DNA from: Wigglesworthia glossinidia endosymbiont of Glossina brevipalpis
GTDB lineage: Bacteria > Pseudomonadota > Gammaproteobacteria > Enterobacterales > Enterobacteriaceae
DNA: 32,000 nt
Direction of reading: 5' to 3'
NCBI GenBank assembly: GCA_000008885.1
Contig: BA000021.3
Location: forward strand, 150,001 to 182,000
In this document: piece by piece, positions 28,436-32,000 of the stretch
Numbering within the stretch: the stretch's first letter is position 1
Layout: each line of letters begins with the position of its first letter
The notes under the pieces: generated by a model
What the model saw: the letters and a program-made list of their open reading frames with translations, nothing else
Databases searched by the model: none
What the model was told of the DNA's origin: nothing
Made by a program: the position numbers and the translations under genes

Positions 28436-30322
28436 TTAGATTTTATCTAAATATTTAGATTTTATTTTTGATTTGTTTTTTAAATTATTCAACAAAGCAT
28501 CAATATCTAATTTAGAATTTTTATTTTTTAATTGATTTATTAATATATTTTTATCTACACTATTAATTCTTTTTTGAGTTATTTTGTCTAATATTACTAA
28601 TAAAATTTTTTCATTATCTATAAATATTTCGTATGATTTTTTTTTATAATTTGGTTCTTTCATATTAAATATTAAATATTTTAACTTTTCATCTGATTTA
28701 TCGTCAAATAAATCTAATGTTTTTTTTTCTAAAAAAATTAATCCAAATTTTTTCATAACTTCTTCTATATTGGGACTATTTTTGGATTCTAGCTCAATAA
28801 TAGCATTTTTTAATTTTATTTTAGATTGTAATATAAATTTATCATGTAATACTTGTTTTTTTATTTGATCTTTTACTTCTGAAAAAGAAATTATTTTTTT
28901 GTCTAAAAAATCATTTATACAAAAAACTAAAAATTCATCGTTTTTAATATGAAATTGATCTAATTTTATATTAAAATTACATTTATTAATGTTATTAATA
29001 TTTAACTTTTCTTGATCTATTTCAAAAGAATTAAAAATATTTATAATATTTTTTTCATCTATCCATCCTGTATTATTTATATAATAATTTCTAAAATCAT
29101 TTTTTAAATCATTAAAACTATATTTGTTATCTTTCGCTAAAATTTTTATTTTTTCTATGTAATTATTAAAAATTTTTATTGATTTTTCTTCTTTGATGTA
29201 ATTTTCTATTTCTTTATAAAAATATTTTAAATCTTGTTCGACTTTTGGAATTATTTCTGTCAACATTATTATTAAATAACCAGAAGATGATTTAATTATT
29301 TTAGATATTTCATTTTTATTTTTTAAATTTGCGATTTTAATTTCTTCTATTATAAAATCTTCTTGTATCCACCCTATATCTCCATTATTAACACTAGAGA
29401 AAATATCTTTTGATTTGTTCTTAGCTATTTCAAAAAAATCTTTTTCATTTTTTATTTTATTTAGATAAAATATTGCTTCTTTTTCAGAATCAAATTGAAT
29501 AATACTATATCTTTTTTTTTCCGGTAAAGTAAATTTTTTAATATTTTTCAAGTACCACTCTTGTACTTCTTTTGATTTCGCTATTATTTTATCTTTATTT
29601 TTTATATCATTAATATTTATTTTCAAATAATTTATATTGAATTTTTTAGGAGTTACATACTTATGACTATTTAATTTATATTCTGCTTCAGCTTCAGAAT
29701 CAGAAACAGAGTTAATATTTATTTCTTGTGTTTTATCAAAAGTTGCAAGTTTTATATGTCGTTCTTGTAAGTACTGCAATAGAATATTTTCTATTTCATA
29801 AGGAAGTAAAAATGAAGTTATATCAATTATATTAATTATTTCATTTATCAATAATTGATCATAAATTTCTTTAATAAAACTATCTAACGATAATCCTATA
29901 TCACTTAATAACGATTTTAATTTATTTAAATCAAAACCTATTTCAGAATTAAACTCTGAAATTTCGTATATTGTTTTTTTTATCTTTTCTTCTGTAATAA
30001 TTAAATTAATTTTTTTTGCATATTGCTTTAATAAAGTGTTTTCTATTATTTTTAATAACACTTGATTTTTAAAAAAATTTAATTTGTGTTCATTTATATC
30101 TAAATTGTCATTTATATTATTATTTATTTTAAAATTCATCATATTTTGTTGAAATTTATCATAAGAAATTTTTTCGTTATTTATTTTGATAATGTAACTT
30201 TCATTATTTCCTGAAAAATATGTTCCTAATCCTGTTAAAAACAAAGATAAAATTAAGAAAATCAAAATAAATTTGTATATAATTTTTTTTGGTTTAAATA
30301 ATAATTTTTTTTTGATAATCAT
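28436..30322 (-). CDS. ppiD: Periplasmic chaperone PpiD (membrane-anchored, parvulin-like), 628 aa
   Basis: There is an N-terminal single TM anchor (IYKFILIFLILSLFLTGLG). The length matches E. coli PpiD (623 aa) and the position directly downstream of lon is conserved. The sequence is very Lys/Asn/Ile-rich and diverged, so the call rests largely on length, topology and synteny. Confidence 0.8.
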   Translation of the reverse strand: MIIKKKLLFKPKKIIYKFILIFLILSLFLTGLGTYFSGNNESYIIKINNEKISYDKFQQNMMNFKINNNINDNLDINEHKLNFFKNQVLLKIIENTLLKQYAKKINLIITEEKIKKTIYEISEFNSEIGFDLNKLKSLLSDIGLSLDSFIKEIYDQLLINEIINIIDITSFLLPYEIENILLQYLQERHIKLATFDKTQEININSVSDSEAEAEYKLNSHKYVTPKKFNINYLKININDIKNKDKIIAKSKEVQEWYLKNIKKFTLPEKKRYSIIQFDSEKEAIFYLNKIKNEKDFFEIAKNKSKDIFSSVNNGDIGWIQEDFIIEEIKIANLKNKNEISKIIKSSSGYLIIMLTEIIPKVEQDLKYFYKEIENYIKEEKSIKIFNNYIEKIKILAKDNKYSFNDLKNDFRNYYINNTGWIDEKNIINIFNSFEIDQEKLNINNINKCNFNIKLDQFHIKNDEFLVFCINDFLDKKIISFSEVKDQIKKQVLHDKFILQSKIKLKNAIIELESKNSPNIEEVMKKFGLIFLEKKTLDLFDDKSDEKLKYLIFNMKEPNYKKKSYEIFIDNEKILLVILDKITQKRINSVDKNILINQLKNKNSKLDIDALLNNLKNKSKIKSKYLDKI

Positions 30323-30381
30323 ATCAATAAAATAATTTTATAACATTTATTCAAATATTTAATTAAAAATACTATATTTAT

Positions 30382-32000
30382 TTAGAAAATAGAATCTTGC
30401 AAAGATATATTAAACACTTCATCAATAATTTTTACTGGATGAATATTAAGTTCTTTAATTACATTTTCTGGCATATTTTCTAAATTTCTTTTATTTTCAT
30501 AAGGAATTAAAACTGTTTTAATACCTCCTCTATGAGCAGCAAGAAGCTTTTCTTTTAACCCTCCAATTGGTAAAATTTGTCCTCTTAAAGTTATTTCTCC
30601 TGTCATTGCTAAGCTTGAATTTACTGGATTTTTTGTTAAACATGAAACCAAAGCAGTACACATAGCTATTCCAGCGCTGGGACCGTCTTTAGGAGTAGAA
30701 CCTTCTGGAACATGAACATGTATATCGTTTTTTTCATAAAAATCTGATTTTATTCCTAGTTTATTCGCTCTAGACCTGACAACTGTCAAAGCTGCTTGTA
30801 TAGATTCTTGCATTACTTCTCCCAAAGATCCTGTGTAAATTAATTTGCCTTTTCCAGGCACGCAAGCAGTTTCTATAGTTAATAAATCACCTCCTACCTC
30901 AGTCCATGCTAAACCTATTACTTGTCCTATTTTATTTTCTATTTCTGCTTTTCCATAATCAAATTTTTTAACGCCGAGAAAATCTTTTAAATTTTTTTTA
31001 TTTATTTTTATTCTATTTATGTTTTTGTTCATTAGTATAATCTTTACAGATTTTCTACATAGTTTCGAAATTTCTCTTTCTAAATTTCTTACTCCTGCTT
31101 CTCTAGTATAATAACGAATTATCCCCATCAGAGCATTATCTTCAACGTAAATTTCATTTTCTTTTAAAGCATTTCTATTTACCTGTTTAGGAAAAAGATG
31201 TTTTCTAGCAATATTTAATTTTTCATCTTCGGTATAACTAGATAATCTAATTACTTCCATGCGATCTAGAAGTGGAGCTGGTATCCTCATCGAGTTGGAA
31301 GTCGCAACAAACATGACGTCTGATAAATCATAATCCACTTCCAAATAATGATCATTAAATGCAATATTTTGCTCTGGATCTAACACTTCTAACAAGGCTG
31401 ATGCAGGATCACCTCTCATATCTGTAGACATTTTATCAATTTCATCAAGCAAAAATAATGGATTTTTTACTCCTACTTTAGACATCTTTTGTATTATTTT
31501 ACCTGGCATAGAACCTATATAAGTTCTTCTATGTCCGCGAATTTCCGCTTCATCTCTCATACCTCCTAAAGCCATTCTTATATATTTTCTTCCCGTGGCT
31601 TTTGCTATGGATTGACCTAAAGAAGTTTTTCCTACACCAGGTGGTCCCATTAAACATAAAATTGGACCTTTTATCTTTAAAACCCTGCTTTGAACAGCCA
31701 AGTATTCTAATATACGATCTTTAACTTTTTTTAATCCATAATGGTCTTTATCTAATATTTTTTGAGCAATTGATAGATTTTTTTTTATTTTACTTCTATT
31801 GTGCCATGGAACGGAGATCATCCAATCTATATATCCACGTACAACAGTTGCTTCTGCTGACATAGGAGACATCATTTTTAATTTTTGCAATTCAGAATCT
31901 GCTTTTTTCTTTACTTCTTTTGGCATTTTAGATAATTCAATTTTTCTTTTTAAAGATTCATGTTCGTCTGGATTATCTTCCATTTCTCCTAGTTCTTTTT
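30382..32000 (-). CDS. lon: ATP-dependent Lon protease, C-terminal ~539 aa; 5' end lies outside the window
   Basis: The frame stays open to the window edge ([12 protein letters not shown] aligns to E. coli LGEMDDAPDE). Long stretches are near-identical to E. coli Lon: [21 protein letters not shown], Walker [33 protein letters not shown], the catalytic Ser in [17 protein letters not shown], and [34 protein letters not shown]. Confidence 0.97.
   Translation of the reverse strand, partial: KELGEMEDNPDEHESLKRKIELSKMPKEVKKKADSELQKLKMMSPMSAEATVVRGYIDWMISVPWHNRSKIKKNLSIAQKILDKDHYGLKKVKDRILEYLAVQSRVLKIKGPILCLMGPPGVGKTSLGQSIAKATGRKYIRMALGGMRDEAEIRGHRRTYIGSMPGKIIQKMSKVGVKNPLFLLDEIDKMSTDMRGDPASALLEVLDPEQNIAFNDHYLEVDYDLSDVMFVATSNSMRIPAPLLDRMEVIRLSSYTEDEKLNIARKHLFPKQVNRNALKENEIYVEDNALMGIIRYYTREAGVRNLEREISKLCRKSVKIILMNKNINRIKINKKNLKDFLGVKKFDYGKAEIENKIGQVIGLAWTEVGGDLLTIETACVPGKGKLIYTGSLGEVMQESIQAALTVVRSRANKLGIKSDFYEKNDIHVHVPEGSTPKDGPSAGIAMCTALVSCLTKNPVNSSLAMTGEITLRGQILPIGGLKEKLLAAHRGGIKTVLIPYENKRNLENMPENVIKELNIHPVKIIDEVFNISLQDSIF

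Noticed and set aside
28436-30322. The extreme Lys/Asn/Ile low-complexity composition of the 628-aa ORF, considered as a possible novel repeat protein rather than ppiD.
   Set aside because: The length, the single N-terminal membrane anchor and the position immediately downstream of lon all match PpiD. The compositional drift is what AT pressure does to a weakly constrained chaperone. I saw no internal tandem repeat.
30382-32000. Visibly higher GC content in lon, and in patches of cyoB, degQ, pykA and dxs, considered as possible horizontally acquired DNA.
   Set aside because: These are the most conserved proteins in the window. Lon is near-identical to E. coli over long stretches, and all sit in ancestral Enterobacterales synteny. 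The GC excess tracks amino-acid constraint (Gly/Ala/Pro/Arg codons), not foreign origin.
1-32000. Search for a chromosomal origin or DnaA-box cluster, IS elements or transposase fragments, integrases, prophage genes, CRISPR arrays, toxin-antitoxin pairs and defence systems.
   Set aside because: I noticed no TTATCCACA-type boxes on either strand by eye (only non-consensus TTATCCAAA-like strings inside genes). No ORF has transposase, integrase or nuclease character, and there are no terminal inverted repeats flanking any gene. Every ORF of 100 aa or more that is not a shadow frame is assigned to a housekeeping family. An eye scan cannot exclude degenerate sites.

Overview
This window is a very AT-rich (about 20-23% GC by eye), gene-dense, strongly reduced gammaproteobacterial (Enterobacterales-type) chromosome segment. 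It resembles an obligate insect endosymbiont. The gene content (hemB, pssA, murJ, murI, cyoABCDE, panE, dxs, a thiI remnant) and the extreme AT bias fit a Wigglesworthia-like, vitamin-provisioning symbiont, but I cannot confirm the organism without a database search.

I can support 26 protein-coding genes and one tRNA. In order they are: argS (5' end cut by the window), murJ, pyrD, hemB, tRNA-Leu(CAA), murI, pssA, pitA, pykA, purL, tadA, rpsI, rplM, zapE, zapG/yhcB, degQ, dxs, ispA, a rhodanese-only thiI remnant, panE, cyoABCDE, ppiD and lon (5' end cut by the window). All are core housekeeping genes with lengths close to their E. coli orthologues. UGA is used as a stop codon.

The right half (19.2-32 kb) is syntenic with E. 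coli b0420-b0441, with deletions and in-place inversions. The left half is a mosaic of loci that are unlinked in E. coli.

I find no mobile elements, CRISPR arrays, defence islands, toxin-antitoxin pairs, prophage remnants or unexplained large ORFs, and spacers are at most about 310 bp. I therefore see no evidence of a novel multi-gene system here.

The observations most worth a second look are:
- thiI reduced to its C-terminal rhodanese domain.
- A perfect 35-bp AT-only palindrome in the pyrD/hemB divergent spacer.
- Slippage-prone A/T homopolymers of 10 nt or more inside intact essential genes.
- A tRNA gene lacking an encoded CCA.
- Several gene-loss and inversion junctions.
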